Origin: Candidatus Multivorans sp.
GTDB taxonomy: Bacteria; Acidobacteriota; Thermoanaerobaculia; Multivoradales; Multivoraceae
Assembly (NCBI GenBank): GCA_965247095.1
Contig: OZ251997.1
Coordinates: 3,648,001 to 3,712,000, forward strand
Direction of reading: 5' to 3'
DNA length: 64,000 bases
Below are positions 55,184-64,000 of this stretch, piece by piece; positions within the stretch are counted from its first letter, which is position 1; every line of letters begins with the position of its first letter. The notes below the pieces were generated by a model. The model saw only the letters and a list, made by a program, of their open reading frames with translations. It searched no databases and was not told where the DNA came from. Made by a program: the position numbers and the translations under genes.

Positions 55184-57555
55184 GACTGCGAACGCTCCGA
55201 GTCGAGCAGCGCGGCCTCGAGAACCTGATCGAAGTGGTCGACGAAGACCAGTTCGAGGCCGCGGGTCACCGCCGCCGGGATCTCCGATAAGTCTCGCCGG
55301 TTCCTTTCGGGCAGGATCACCTTGCCAATCCCCGCTCCGCGCGCGGCCAGCAGCTTCTCCTTCAGTCCGCCAACCGGAAGGACCTCGCCTCTCAGCGTGA
55401 TCTCACCCGTCATCGCGATCGTGTGGTCGATGGGTCGGCCGCTCTGGACGGAGACGATTGCGGCGGCAATCGTGATACCCGCCGATGGACCGTCCTTCGG
55501 AACCGATCCCGCGGGGACGTGAATGTGCAGATCGTGGCGACGCAAGAAATCGGGACCCGAGCCGGTTGGACCCTCGGGACTCGCGACCCGGGCGCAGCTC
55601 AGTGCGGCTTGCGCCGACTCCCTCATCACTTCGCCCAGTTGACCGGTGAGGACCAGCTTGCCCTTGCCCCGGGAGGCCGCTACTTCGATCAGCAGGAGAT
55701 CGCCCCCGGCCGCGGTCCAGGCGAGCCCGGTCGCGACACCGATCCGGTCGCGGTCGAGCAGTTCCTCGCTGAAGTGCCGCGGCTGACCCAGCAGACCCGT
55801 CAACCGGGCCGGGATTACCCGCAACTTGCGGTCGTCTCCGCGCGCAACGCGTACAGCGGCCTTGCGGCACAGGGTTGCGAGCTCCCGCTCGAGATTGCGC
55901 ACGCCCGCTTCCTTCGTGTACCCGCGGATCAGACTGCGCAATGCGGCGGAGCTGATTTTGAGAACTCCTTCCGGCAGACCATTCTCCTCGGTCGCTTTCG
56001 GAATCAGGTGGCGGCGTGCGATCAGGACCTTTTCGTCCTCCGTGTACCCGGAGAGACGAAGCACTTCGAGTCGATCGAGGAACGCCGGCTGAATGGGTTC
56101 GAGCAGGTTCCCGGTGGCGATGAAGAGCACTCGCGACAGGTCGTACTCGACACCCAGATAGTGGTCCCTGAACGTGGAGTTCTGTTCCGGATCGAGCACT
56201 TCGAGCAAGGCTGCCGCGGGGTCGCCGCGGTAGTCGGCGCCAAGCTTGTCGATCTCATCCAGCATGAAGACCGGGTTGCTGGTTCCGGCCTGGTTCAGTC
56301 CCTGAATGATGCGCCCCGGCAGAGAACCGACGTAGGTCCGCCGGTGGCCCCGGATCTCTCCCTCGTCGCGGACGCCGCCCAGGGAGATGCGCACGAACTT
56401 GCGGTCTATCGCGCGCGCGATGGAACGACCGAGCGATGTCTTTCCGACGCCTGGAGGGCCGACCAGGCAGAGGATCGGCCCCTTGGCGTCAGGTTTGAGG
56501 CGCCTCACGGCCAGGTACTCGAGTATCCGCTCCTTGATCCGGTCGAGATTGTAGTGGTCCTCGTCGAGCACGGCGCGGGCGCGGTCGAGGTCGATCCGGT
56601 CCTCGCTCACGGTCGACCACGGCAGTCCGGTCAACCAGTCCAGATGGCCCCGGATGGTCGCGTTCTCGGCGCTGTCGGGAGAACTCCGCTCCAGCCTTCG
56701 GACCTGGCGCTCGACCTCGGTGGCCGCCTCCTCGGTCAAACCGCGCTCCTCGACGGCGCGAAGGTAGCGGTCGATGTCACCGTGAAGGTCGTCGCCCTCT
56801 CCGAGTTCGTCCAGGATGGCTCGCAGTTGCTGGCGCAGGAAGTATTCGCGCTGGCTCCGGTCCATCTCGCTCTTGGCCTGCGCCGAGATGCGCTGCTGCA
56901 TACTGAGCAGTTCGATCTCGCGCGTCAACAGGTCCCCGACCCGTCGCAGGCGCTGGACGGGTTGGATCGTCGCCAGCACGGTCTGGGCCTCCTCCGGCTT
57001 GAGGCCCAAGTTGCTCGCGGCGAGATCGGCCAGCCGACCGGGGTGATCCAGATTGGCCGCGATCACCATGACCTCGGAAGAGACGTCCTTACCCAGGTTG
57101 ACCGCGGTCTCCAGACCCTCCTTGACGCTGCGGACCAGAGCTTCCGCCTCGAGCTGGTTCCGATCTTCCGGGTCTTCGTCTACTTCGACCACACGGGCGC
57201 GAAGAAAGGGCTCGGTCTGGCTCAGGTGCCGCAGCCGCGCCCGCGCCAGTCCCTGAATCAGGATCCGGACCCGACCGTCCGGCAACTTCAGCATGCGCAT
57301 GATCAACGCGGCGGTTCCGATCTCGTGGAGATCGTCCTGTCCGGGCTCTTCGATCGAACTGTCGCGTTGGGGCGCCAGCAGGATGATGCGGTCGTTGCTC
57401 AGCGCGTCCTCGACCGCGAGCATGCTGGCGTCGCGGCTGATCGAAAGCGGCAGGATGATGTAGGGGAAGATGACCGAGTCCTTGAGCGGCAGGACCGGCA
57501 ACACGTCGGGCAGCGAAATGACGTCCGACTGCTCGCTATTCAGGGTCTCCGCCAT
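55159..57555 (-). CDS. lon: ATP-dependent Lon protease
   Basis: N-domain LPVLPL, GPPGVGKTS, GHRRTYVG, DEIDK, PKDGPSAG, GGLKEK. Confidence 0.97.
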   Translation of the reverse strand: MAETLNSEQSDVISLPDVLPVLPLKDSVIFPYIILPLSISRDASMLAVEDALSNDRIILLAPQRDSSIEEPGQDDLHEIGTAALIMRMLKLPDGRVRILIQGLARARLRHLSQTEPFLRARVVEVDEDPEDRNQLEAEALVRSVKEGLETAVNLGKDVSSEVMVIAANLDHPGRLADLAASNLGLKPEEAQTVLATIQPVQRLRRVGDLLTREIELLSMQQRISAQAKSEMDRSQREYFLRQQLRAILDELGEGDDLHGDIDRYLRAVEERGLTEEAATEVERQVRRLERSSPDSAENATIRGHLDWLTGLPWSTVSEDRIDLDRARAVLDEDHYNLDRIKERILEYLAVRRLKPDAKGPILCLVGPPGVGKTSLGRSIARAIDRKFVRISLGGVRDEGEIRGHRRTYVGSLPGRIIQGLNQAGTSNPVFMLDEIDKLGADYRGDPAAALLEVLDPEQNSTFRDHYLGVEYDLSRVLFIATGNLLEPIQPAFLDRLEVLRLSGYTEDEKVLIARRHLIPKATEENGLPEGVLKISSAALRSLIRGYTKEAGVRNLERELATLCRKAAVRVARGDDRKLRVIPARLTGLLGQPRHFSEELLDRDRIGVATGLAWTAAGGDLLLIEVAASRGKGKLVLTGQLGEVMRESAQAALSCARVASPEGPTGSGPDFLRRHDLHIHVPAGSVPKDGPSAGITIAAAIVSVQSGRPIDHTIAMTGEITLRGEVLPVGGLKEKLLAARGAGIGKVILPERNRRDLSEIPAAVTRGLELVFVDHFDQVLEAALLDSERSQSWPAAKTG

Positions 57556-57625
57556 GGGGCCACGCTAGCAGTCCGCGCCGCAAACGGCACGGCAACAACT
57601 GGGTGCGTCAGCCTTCTGGCCAGCT

Positions 57626-57671
57626 GCCGCCGAAGGCGGCTAAGGATAGGCGCCGGCCAACGGCCGGCGCC
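57626..57671. terminator. Two GC-rich hairpins between nrdR and lon
   Basis: GCCGCC-gaa-GGCGGC and GGCGCCGGCC-aac-GGCCGGCGCC. Confidence 0.4.
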
Positions 57672-57709
57672 GCTTGAGGGGAAAGTGCCTCGGCGCGGTC
57701 CGCGGAGGG

Positions 57710-58174
57710 TCAGTCCTTGCGGGAAGCCTCGAGAAGCGAGCGGAGTTCGGCCATGAATGCGTCCACGTCCTCGAACTGCCGGTAGACGGAGGCGAAGCGG
57801 ACGTAGGCCACCTGGTCGAGAGTCTTCAGGCGGTCGATCACGAAGTTGCCCAGCTCCGTGGTCGCGATCTCACGGTCCTCCTTGCGGTGGAGCAGGGCTT
57901 CGGCCTGGTCCACGATCTCCTCGAGTGCGGGCAGAGCTACCGGCCGTTTCTCGCAAGCCTTGAGCAGTCCGTCCAAGAGCTTCCGCCGGTCGAACTCCTG
58001 CCGCTGCCCGTCCGACTTGACGACCCGGTAGGCGATGTTCTCGATCTGCTCGTAGGACGTGAACCTGCGGTTGCAGTCCAGGCACTCACGGCGACGCCTG
58101 ACCGTCTCGCCGCCGCGGACGTCTCGCGAATCGACCACGCGATCATGGTTGGCGGCGCAAAAAGGACATTTCAT
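57710..58174 (-). CDS. nrdR: Transcriptional repressor NrdR
   Basis: MKCPFC...VVDSR...RRRRECLDC..RFTSYE, ATP cone, VAYVRFASVY. Confidence 0.96.
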   Translation of the reverse strand: MKCPFCAANHDRVVDSRDVRGGETVRRRRECLDCNRRFTSYEQIENIAYRVVKSDGQRQEFDRRKLLDGLLKACEKRPVALPALEEIVDQAEALLHRKEDREIATTELGNFVIDRLKTLDQVAYVRFASVYRQFEDVDAFMAELRSLLEASRKD

Positions 58175-58315
58175 GGCCGGGTGCCAGCCTCTGAACGCTA
58201 CCACTCGGCGCCGAGGCGGGCGGCGCGGCGGCGGGCTGCGGCAGGCTGCGGCAGCCATGAACACTCCTTCGATCCTGGTCCGCCGGGCGCCGCGCCGATG
58301 TAACATGCGACTCCT

Positions 58316-59356
58316 ATGAGCCGTGCCTTTGACCAGCTCAGTGAGCGCGACCGGGAGATTCTGCGCGAGGTGATCGCGACCTACCTGTCCTCCGGCGAGC
58401 CGGTGTCTTCGCGGCGGGTCGCGAAGGACCGGCAGATTCAGCTTTCCGCGGCCACGATCCGCAACGTGATGGCCGATCTGGAGGACATGGGTTATCTGCG
58501 CCAGCCGCACGTTTCGGCGGGGCGGCTGCCGACCGAAGCCGGTTTCCACCTCTTCATCGATGACCTGATGCCGGCGAAGAAGGTGAGCGACGGAGATCGC
58601 CGGTTGATCGACGGTCGGCTGCAGACCGCGGGTGGCACCGGACAGGAGCTGACGGAAGAGACCTCCAAGCTGCTGTCCGAACTCTCCCACCACGTCGGTG
58701 TCGTCCTCACTCCCGCTCTCGGCTCCGCGGTGATGCGGGCGATCGAGTTCGTGCCGCTCAGTGGGCGCAAGGTGCTCTGCGTGGTCGTCGCGGAGAACGG
58801 GTTCGTAGAGAACAAGCTGGTGGTCACGGACGAGCTGATCCCGCGCGAAGACCTGGTGCGCATTTCGAACTACCTGACCGAGAACTACGCCGGGCGCTCC
58901 CTGTGCGAGATCCGCGAGGAGCTGCTCCGCATGATGAGCGACGAGCGGGCGCGCCTCGACGAGCTGCTGCATCGCGCGATCGAACTGGCCAGGGACGGCA
59001 TGAACATGGGCCACGCGCCCTCGCTCGTTGCCTCTGGAACGCACAGCCTGTTCGAGGCCTCGCCGAGCATGTCCCGGATCGAGGGCATGTTCCAGATGTT
59101 CGCGGAGCGCGCCCGTCTGGCAGGTCTGCTGAACCGCTGTCTCGACGCCGATGGCGTGCGCGTGGTGCTGGGTCAGGATTCGCGGCTGACGGAGGAACTC
59201 GGTTTCGGCCTCGTCGTGCGCAGCTACCGGGTCGGGAACGGGGTGAGCGGATCGGTCGCCGTGGTCGGGCCGGCGCGCATGGAGTACCCGCGCATGGTGC
59301 CCTTGGTGAACTACCTGGGCGAGCGTCTGTCCGAGGTCCTGGCCGGCGGTGTCTAG
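58316..59356 (+). CDS. hrcA: Heat-inducible transcription repressor HrcA
   Basis: GEPVSSR, SAATIRNVMADLE..GYL.QPHVSAGRLPT, VGPARMEY. Confidence 0.95.
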   Translation: MSRAFDQLSERDREILREVIATYLSSGEPVSSRRVAKDRQIQLSAATIRNVMADLEDMGYLRQPHVSAGRLPTEAGFHLFIDDLMPAKKVSDGDRRLIDGRLQTAGGTGQELTEETSKLLSELSHHVGVVLTPALGSAVMRAIEFVPLSGRKVLCVVVAENGFVENKLVVTDELIPREDLVRISNYLTENYAGRSLCEIREELLRMMSDERARLDELLHRAIELARDGMNMGHAPSLVASGTHSLFEASPSMSRIEGMFQMFAERARLAGLLNRCLDADGVRVVLGQDSRLTEELGFGLVVRSYRVGNGVSGSVAVVGPARMEYPRMVPLVNYLGERLSEVLAGGV

Positions 59357-59377
59357 CAGCTAACCGGAGCGTGAGGC

Positions 59378-60043
59378 ATGACAGTTGAGCCGAAGGAAGG
59401 ACCTGAGAGTCAGGTTCCTGGACAGGAAAGCCGCGACGCGGAAGCCGGTGCGTCCGCCGTCGACGAGGTGCTCGAGGCGGCCGCGGACGAGGGGGCCGCT
59501 CCGCCCAGGGTCGAGGAGCAACTCCAAGAAGAGCTGTCGGCGACTCGGGATCGGCTGCTGCGGGCTCTCGCCGATCTCGACAACCAGCGCAAGCGGATGG
59601 GCCGCGAGCGCCAGCAGTTGCGTACGAGCTACGTCTCGGCCCCGCTGCGCGAGTTCCTGGGCGTCGTCGACAATCTGGATCGGGCCCTCGAGTCCGAAGC
59701 CTCGGCAAACGACTTCCGTGTCGGCGTGGAGATGATCCGGCGTCAGATGACGGATCTCCTGCGCCGGTTCGACGTCGAACCGGTGGAGAGCATGAACGCG
59801 GTGTTCGACCCGAATGTTCACGAGGCGGTTGCCCGGGAGGAGAGTGCCGCGGTCGATCAGCCCACCGTCGTGCAGGAACTGCAGAAGGGCTACACGATGC
59901 GGTCGACGCTGCTGCGCGCGGCGATGGTCCGGGTCGCCATGCCGGCAACAGGGCCGGCGCCGGAAGCCGCCCCTCGCGAAGGCGCCGAGGCTGCGGACGG
60001 CGCCGGGAGCGAATCGGACGCCACTGCCTGTGGCGGCGCCTAG
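59378..60043 (+). CDS. grpE: Nucleotide exchange factor GrpE
   Basis: LRALADLDNQRKR, VVDNLDRAL, FDPNVHEAV, QKGY..LLRAAMV. Confidence 0.95.
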   Translation: MTVEPKEGPESQVPGQESRDAEAGASAVDEVLEAAADEGAAPPRVEEQLQEELSATRDRLLRALADLDNQRKRMGRERQQLRTSYVSAPLREFLGVVDNLDRALESEASANDFRVGVEMIRRQMTDLLRRFDVEPVESMNAVFDPNVHEAVAREESAAVDQPTVVQELQKGYTMRSTLLRAAMVRVAMPATGPAPEAAPREGAEAADGAGSESDATACGGA

Positions 60044-60049
60044 TTCGTC

Positions 60050-61255
60050 ATGCCGCGGGATTACTACGAGCTCCTTGGCCTCGAGCGCTCAGCCACTCTG
60101 CAGCAGATCAAGTCGTCCTATCGCAAGCTGGCGGTGCGGCACCACCCGGACCGGAATCCCGACGACAGCGCGGCGGAGGAGAAGTTCAAGGAGGCTGCCG
60201 AGGCGTATGCCGTGCTCTCCGATCCCGAGAAGCGTCGCCGCTACGACCGCTTTGGTCACCAGGCGTCGCCGTCGGGCGGCGGCTTCGACCCGACGATCTT
60301 CGCCGACTTCTCGGACATCCTCGGCGACGTCTTTGGCATTGGCGACATGTTCGGAAGCCGGGCCGGCGGCAGGCGCCGGCGAGCCGGGGCGGACCTCCGC
60401 TATGACCTTCGGCTCTCCTTCGAGGAGGCGGCCTTCGGGGCCGAGCCGAAACTTCGCATTCCGCGACTGGAGCACTGCGACACCTGTGGCGGCAACGGCG
60501 CGGCGCCCGGGTCCGGGCCGACCTCCTGCCGCGTCTGCGGCGGCCGCGGCCAGGTCCAGTACAGCCAGGGCTTCTTCTCGGTGGCCCGCACCTGCCCCGA
60601 CTGCAGGGGCGCGGGGCGCGTGATCCGGGATCCCTGCACAGACTGCAGGGGTCGAGGGTTGACCGAGCGCCAGCGGTCGATCCAGGTCCGCGTTCCGGCC
60701 GGCGTCGATAGCGGTTCCCGCCTCCGCCTTCCGGGCGAGGGGGAGCACGGCCGGCAGAGCGGCCCACCGGGAGACCTCTACGTCGTGATCGAGGTCGAAC
60801 CGCACGAGCAGTTCGTGCGCCGGGGCGCCGACGTGTTGAGTGCCGTCACGGTCGGCTACCCGCAGGCGGTGCTCGGCTGCACGATGGAGGTCGAGACGCT
60901 CCACGGTACGTCCAGCCTGCGGGTGCCGCCTGCCACCGCGCATGGCTCAACCTTCGTGCTGCGATCCCAGGGCATCCCGCGTATCGATGGCCGCGGCCGG
61001 GGCAATCACATCGTCGAAGTGCGGCTCGGAGTACCCGCGCCGAAGGATCTCTCGGAGCGGGAACTCGAACACGTGCGCGCGCTTGCCGAGTTGAACGAGG
61101 ACAGTAGCGGCACGGCGGGCGGCACGGTGGGCGCCACGAGCCAGGAGACGCGGAGCGTGTTCGACCGGGTCATGGCCTTCTTCTTGGGATCCGGCCAAAA
61201 GACCGGGCCGGCGGCGGGCGACGGCAACAGGGCCGAGCGGAGTTCCGAGGCCTGA
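60050..61255 (+). CDS. dnaJ: Chaperone DnaJ
   Basis: J domain with HPD, G/F region, four CxxCxGxG repeats. Confidence 0.96.
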   Translation: MPRDYYELLGLERSATLQQIKSSYRKLAVRHHPDRNPDDSAAEEKFKEAAEAYAVLSDPEKRRRYDRFGHQASPSGGGFDPTIFADFSDILGDVFGIGDMFGSRAGGRRRRAGADLRYDLRLSFEEAAFGAEPKLRIPRLEHCDTCGGNGAAPGSGPTSCRVCGGRGQVQYSQGFFSVARTCPDCRGAGRVIRDPCTDCRGRGLTERQRSIQVRVPAGVDSGSRLRLPGEGEHGRQSGPPGDLYVVIEVEPHEQFVRRGADVLSAVTVGYPQAVLGCTMEVETLHGTSSLRVPPATAHGSTFVLRSQGIPRIDGRGRGNHIVEVRLGVPAPKDLSERELEHVRALAELNEDSSGTAGGTVGATSQETRSVFDRVMAFFLGSGQKTGPAAGDGNRAERSSEA

Positions 61256-61268
61256 GCCGAGGCAACCC

Positions 61269-61949
61269 GTGATCCACCTGCTGGTCGGCGGCGACGAACT
61301 CGACCGCGACACGGTCGAGGTCGAGGGCGCCGACTACCGGCACCTGTTCCGGGCCCGTCGCCTCAAGGTGGGCGACAGGGTGCGTCTCGTCGACGGCCGG
61401 GGCGGCGCCCGTTGGTCAATCGTCGGCGGCGTCACGGCAGAGCGGGCCCGGCTGGACATCGAAGGGCCGGCGCCGACATACGAGCCGGCCCGCCGCCTGA
61501 CGCTGTTCGTGTCGGTGGTGCGTCCGGAGCGGGCGGTCTGGCTGGTGGAGAAGGCGACCGAACTCGGAGTGAGGGAACTGCAGTGGTTCGTCTCGGAGCG
61601 CACCAGCCGTTCCTTCCCGGAAACCGCGGTGGTTCGACAGGGGCGGGTCGCGAAGTCCGCGCTCGAACAGTGCGGCGGCGCCTGGCTGCCCAGGATCGGC
61701 GCGCCGGTCGCCCTGGAGGACGCCGGGACCTTTGCCGGAACGGCGGTGCTGCATCCGGGCGCCGGGACACGCCTGGCAGCGGTCGGCAGCGCCCGAACCC
61801 TGGTGGTGGGCCCCGAAGGCGGCTTCAGCGAAGGGGAGATCGAGTCGTTGGTCGGCCGGGGGGCCACTCTCGCCGACCTCGGCCCGCGCGTCCTGCGCAC
61901 GGAGACGGCGGCGGTCGCCGCGCTCGCAGTGGCCCTGTCTGCGTCGTGA
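61269..61949 (+). CDS. rsmE: 16S rRNA m3U1498 methyltransferase
   Basis: EKATELGV, ALEQCG, VGPEGGFS, LGPRVLRTETA. Confidence 0.93.
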   Translation: MIHLLVGGDELDRDTVEVEGADYRHLFRARRLKVGDRVRLVDGRGGARWSIVGGVTAERARLDIEGPAPTYEPARRLTLFVSVVRPERAVWLVEKATELGVRELQWFVSERTSRSFPETAVVRQGRVAKSALEQCGGAWLPRIGAPVALEDAGTFAGTAVLHPGAGTRLAAVGSARTLVVGPEGGFSEGEIESLVGRGATLADLGPRVLRTETAAVAALAVALSAS

Positions 61950-61981
61950 CGGCGCTATCCTCCGAACGCCGGAGGACGCAG

Positions 61982-62491
61982 GTGCAAGAGTCGAAGTCGA
62001 AACGAGAGCGGAGCCCCAAGTCGGCCTACGACCGGGGGCTGGACCTGCTCGCGCGGCGCATGCACTTCGCGGCGGAGTTGCGGATGAAGCTCGCCCGCCG
62101 CGGCTACCCGGATGCGGAAGTCGACGGCGCGATCGAGCGCCTGACCGTGGGCGGCTTCCTGAACGAGCAGGAGGCCGCGAACATGCTCGTGCGCTCGCTC
62201 AAGCGCCGCGGCTACGGCCGGCGGCGGCTCGAACTCGACCTGCGGCGGCGCGGGGCCGACGAGACGGCCGCGGGCGCCGCGCTCGAGTGCGTAGGCGACG
62301 AGGACGAACTGGAGCGGGCGGGGTCGGTGGCCGCGCGCTGGCGCTCGACTCACCCCGCGCGTGACGCCGCGGCTCTGGCCCGGCACCTGGAGCGCCGTGG
62401 CTTCGCTGCCCGTACTATTGGCGCCGTTCTGTTCGAGCTTCCCGAAGAGGAAGCCGGAATGGAGGAGATACGGGGTCACAGCTCATGTTGA
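61982..62491 (+). CDS. recX: Regulatory protein RecX
   Basis: LLARRMH..ELRMKL..RG, GFLNE, GYGRRRL, LERRGF; GTG after GGAGG. Confidence 0.85.
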   Translation: MQESKSKRERSPKSAYDRGLDLLARRMHFAAELRMKLARRGYPDAEVDGAIERLTVGGFLNEQEAANMLVRSLKRRGYGRRRLELDLRRRGADETAAGAALECVGDEDELERAGSVAARWRSTHPARDAAALARHLERRGFAARTIGAVLFELPEEEAGMEEIRGHSSC

Positions 62492-64000
62492 GTCGGGATA
62501 TCAGGCGGAGTTTCATCGACTTCTACGCCGGCCGCGGGCACGCGGAGGTGGCGAGTTCGCCGCTGGTGCCGCGAAACGATCCGACCCTGCTGTTCGTCAA
62601 CGCCGGCATGGTCCAGTTCAAGAACTACTTCCTCGGACTGGAGCAGCCGGACTCGCCGCGCGCGGTGACCTCCCAGAAGTGCCTGCGGGTGTCCGGCAAG
62701 CACAACGACCTGGAGAACGTCGGACCCAGTCCCCGGCACCACACGTTTTTCGAGATGCTGGGGAACTTCTCCTTCGGCGACTACTTCAAGGCCGAGGCGA
62801 TCGAGTCCGCCTGGGAACTGGTCACCGGGGTCTGGGGGTTGCCGCCGGAGAATCTCTTCGCCACCGTGTTCCGGGAGGACGACGAGGCGGCGGACCTCTG
62901 GGTCCGGCTGTCGGGATTGCCGCCGGAGCGGGTCCTGCGCTGCGGCGAGAAGGACAACTTCTGGGCCATGGGCGACACCGGGCCCTGCGGTCCGTGCAGC
63001 GAGATCTTCGTCGACACCGCGCCGGAGCTGCCCGAGGTCGGCTGGGAGGAAGGGAACGACTCGGGCCGCTATCTCGAGATCTGGAACCTGGTCTTCATGC
63101 AGTTCGAGCGCCACGAGGACGGCCGGCGCGCGGCCCTGCCGAACCCGTCGATCGACACCGGCGCGGGCCTGGAGCGGGTGGCGGCGGTGCTCCAGGGCGT
63201 CGGGTCCAACTACGACACGGACCTGTTCGGACCGATTCTGCGCGCGGTCGCGGCAGGGGCCGGCCGTGAGTACGGCCGCGACCCGGACGCCGACGTCTCG
63301 CTGCGGGTGATCGCCGATCATCTGCGGGCGGTCGGTTTCCTGCTCGCCGACGGCGTCCTGCCGAGCAACGAGGGCCGCGGCTATGTGCTGCGCCGGATCC
63401 TGCGCCGGGCCTCGCGCCACGGCATGAAGCTGGGCTTCGAGGAGCCGTTCATGGCCCCCCTGCTGCCGTCGCTCGAGGAGGCGTTCGCGGGCCACTACCC
63501 GGAACTGGAGGCTGCGCGCGAACCGTCGTCGGCGACGGTGACCGCCGAGGAGACCCGGTTCCTTCAGACCGTGGCGGTGGGGGCCGGCAAGGTCCTGGAG
63601 GCGATCGAGGAGGCACGCGCCCGGGGCGGTTCGGTGCTCGACGGGGAGGCGACGTTCCGCCTCTACGACACCTTCGGCCTGCCGATCGAGACGGTGCGGG
63701 AGATCGCCGAGGAGGAGCAGTTCGGGATCGACGAGGCGGGGTTCGAGGCGGCGCTGGAGGAGCAGCGGGAGCGGTCGCGGGCGGTACATCACGGCGCGGC
63801 CCGGATCTCGGCAACGTTCAGTATCTCGGCTCGTGGCGAGGTAGTCCGAGGCACCAAGTTCGTGGGCTACACGGAGTTCCAAGCGGAGGCGCGAACCCTC
63901 GACCTCCAGACGGCCGAAGGCGAATCGGTCCAGCAGTTGACCGGTGCCGGCCTCGCCGTGTTCGACCGCACCCCTTTCTACGCCGAGGCCGGAGGACAGG
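62485..64000 (+). CDS. alaS: Alanine--tRNA ligase (3' truncated by window)
   Basis: MLSRDIRRSFIDFY...DPTLLFVNAGMVQFK, RHHTFFEMLGNFSFGDYFK, GPCGPCSEI, IDTGAGLER, ADHLR, LYDTFG, TPFYAEAGGQ. Absent from the ORF track because it has no stop in the window. Confidence 0.97.
   Translation, partial: MLSRDIRRSFIDFYAGRGHAEVASSPLVPRNDPTLLFVNAGMVQFKNYFLGLEQPDSPRAVTSQKCLRVSGKHNDLENVGPSPRHHTFFEMLGNFSFGDYFKAEAIESAWELVTGVWGLPPENLFATVFREDDEAADLWVRLSGLPPERVLRCGEKDNFWAMGDTGPCGPCSEIFVDTAPELPEVGWEEGNDSGRYLEIWNLVFMQFERHEDGRRAALPNPSIDTGAGLERVAAVLQGVGSNYDTDLFGPILRAVAAGAGREYGRDPDADVSLRVIADHLRAVGFLLADGVLPSNEGRGYVLRRILRRASRHGMKLGFEEPFMAPLLPSLEEAFAGHYPELEAAREPSSATVTAEETRFLQTVAVGAGKVLEAIEEARARGGSVLDGEATFRLYDTFGLPIETVREIAEEEQFGIDEAGFEAALEEQRERSRAVHHGAARISATFSISARGEVVRGTKFVGYTEFQAEARTLDLQTAEGESVQQLTGAGLAVFDRTPFYAEAGGQ

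Noticed and set aside
58175-58315. CIRCE element upstream of hrcA
   Set aside because: Only a half-site-like CTACCACTC near 58198; no TTAGCACTC-N9-GAGTGCTAA inverted repeat.

Overview
A high-GC (roughly 70% by eye) bacterial chromosomal segment, densely coding and mostly housekeeping. Gene content (GWxTD protein, DUF1844 next to mazG, lpxH, mlaEFD, hspR plus hrcA) suggests Acidobacteriota; this is inference. I see no rRNA, tRNA, CRISPR array, integrase or transposase. Order: PIN toxin end, ABC-F ATPase, MauE-like protein; Fe-S helicase-nuclease/LuxE/LuxC operon; hflKC, nupC-like, membrane AlkP-superfamily enzyme, CPBP protease; acyl-CoA DH-glpX-dcd-rsbW-rsbV-S41; mazG/DUF1844; dnaK-hspR-dnaC-like; spoIID-like-meaB-mce-carA-lolC/E; structured intergenic element; carB; split methylmalonyl-CoA mutase divergent from nrdJ (tandem NrdR boxes); tlpA, Cys-rich small protein, rlmD-like; folE-GWxTD-PTPS-III; SelW/Rdx selenoprotein missed by the ORF track; mlaEFD-yggX; plsC-mrp-lpxH-aroA-sigma54 activator; triple MerR-like HTH basic protein; nrdR-lon-thiL; hrcA-grpE-dnaJ-rsmE-recX-alaS (truncated). 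Best candidates for novelty: (1) a protein with three tandem MerR/Xis-like HTH domains, K/A-rich linkers and a coiled coil (candidate nucleoid protein) behind a large sigma54 activator; (2) a ~215-nt multi-hairpin candidate ncRNA upstream of carB; (3) a UGA/SECIS selenoprotein; (4) an S41 pseudo-protease in a partner-switching operon; (5) a hairpin burying the spoIID-like start codon; (6) recurrent leaderless promoter architecture.
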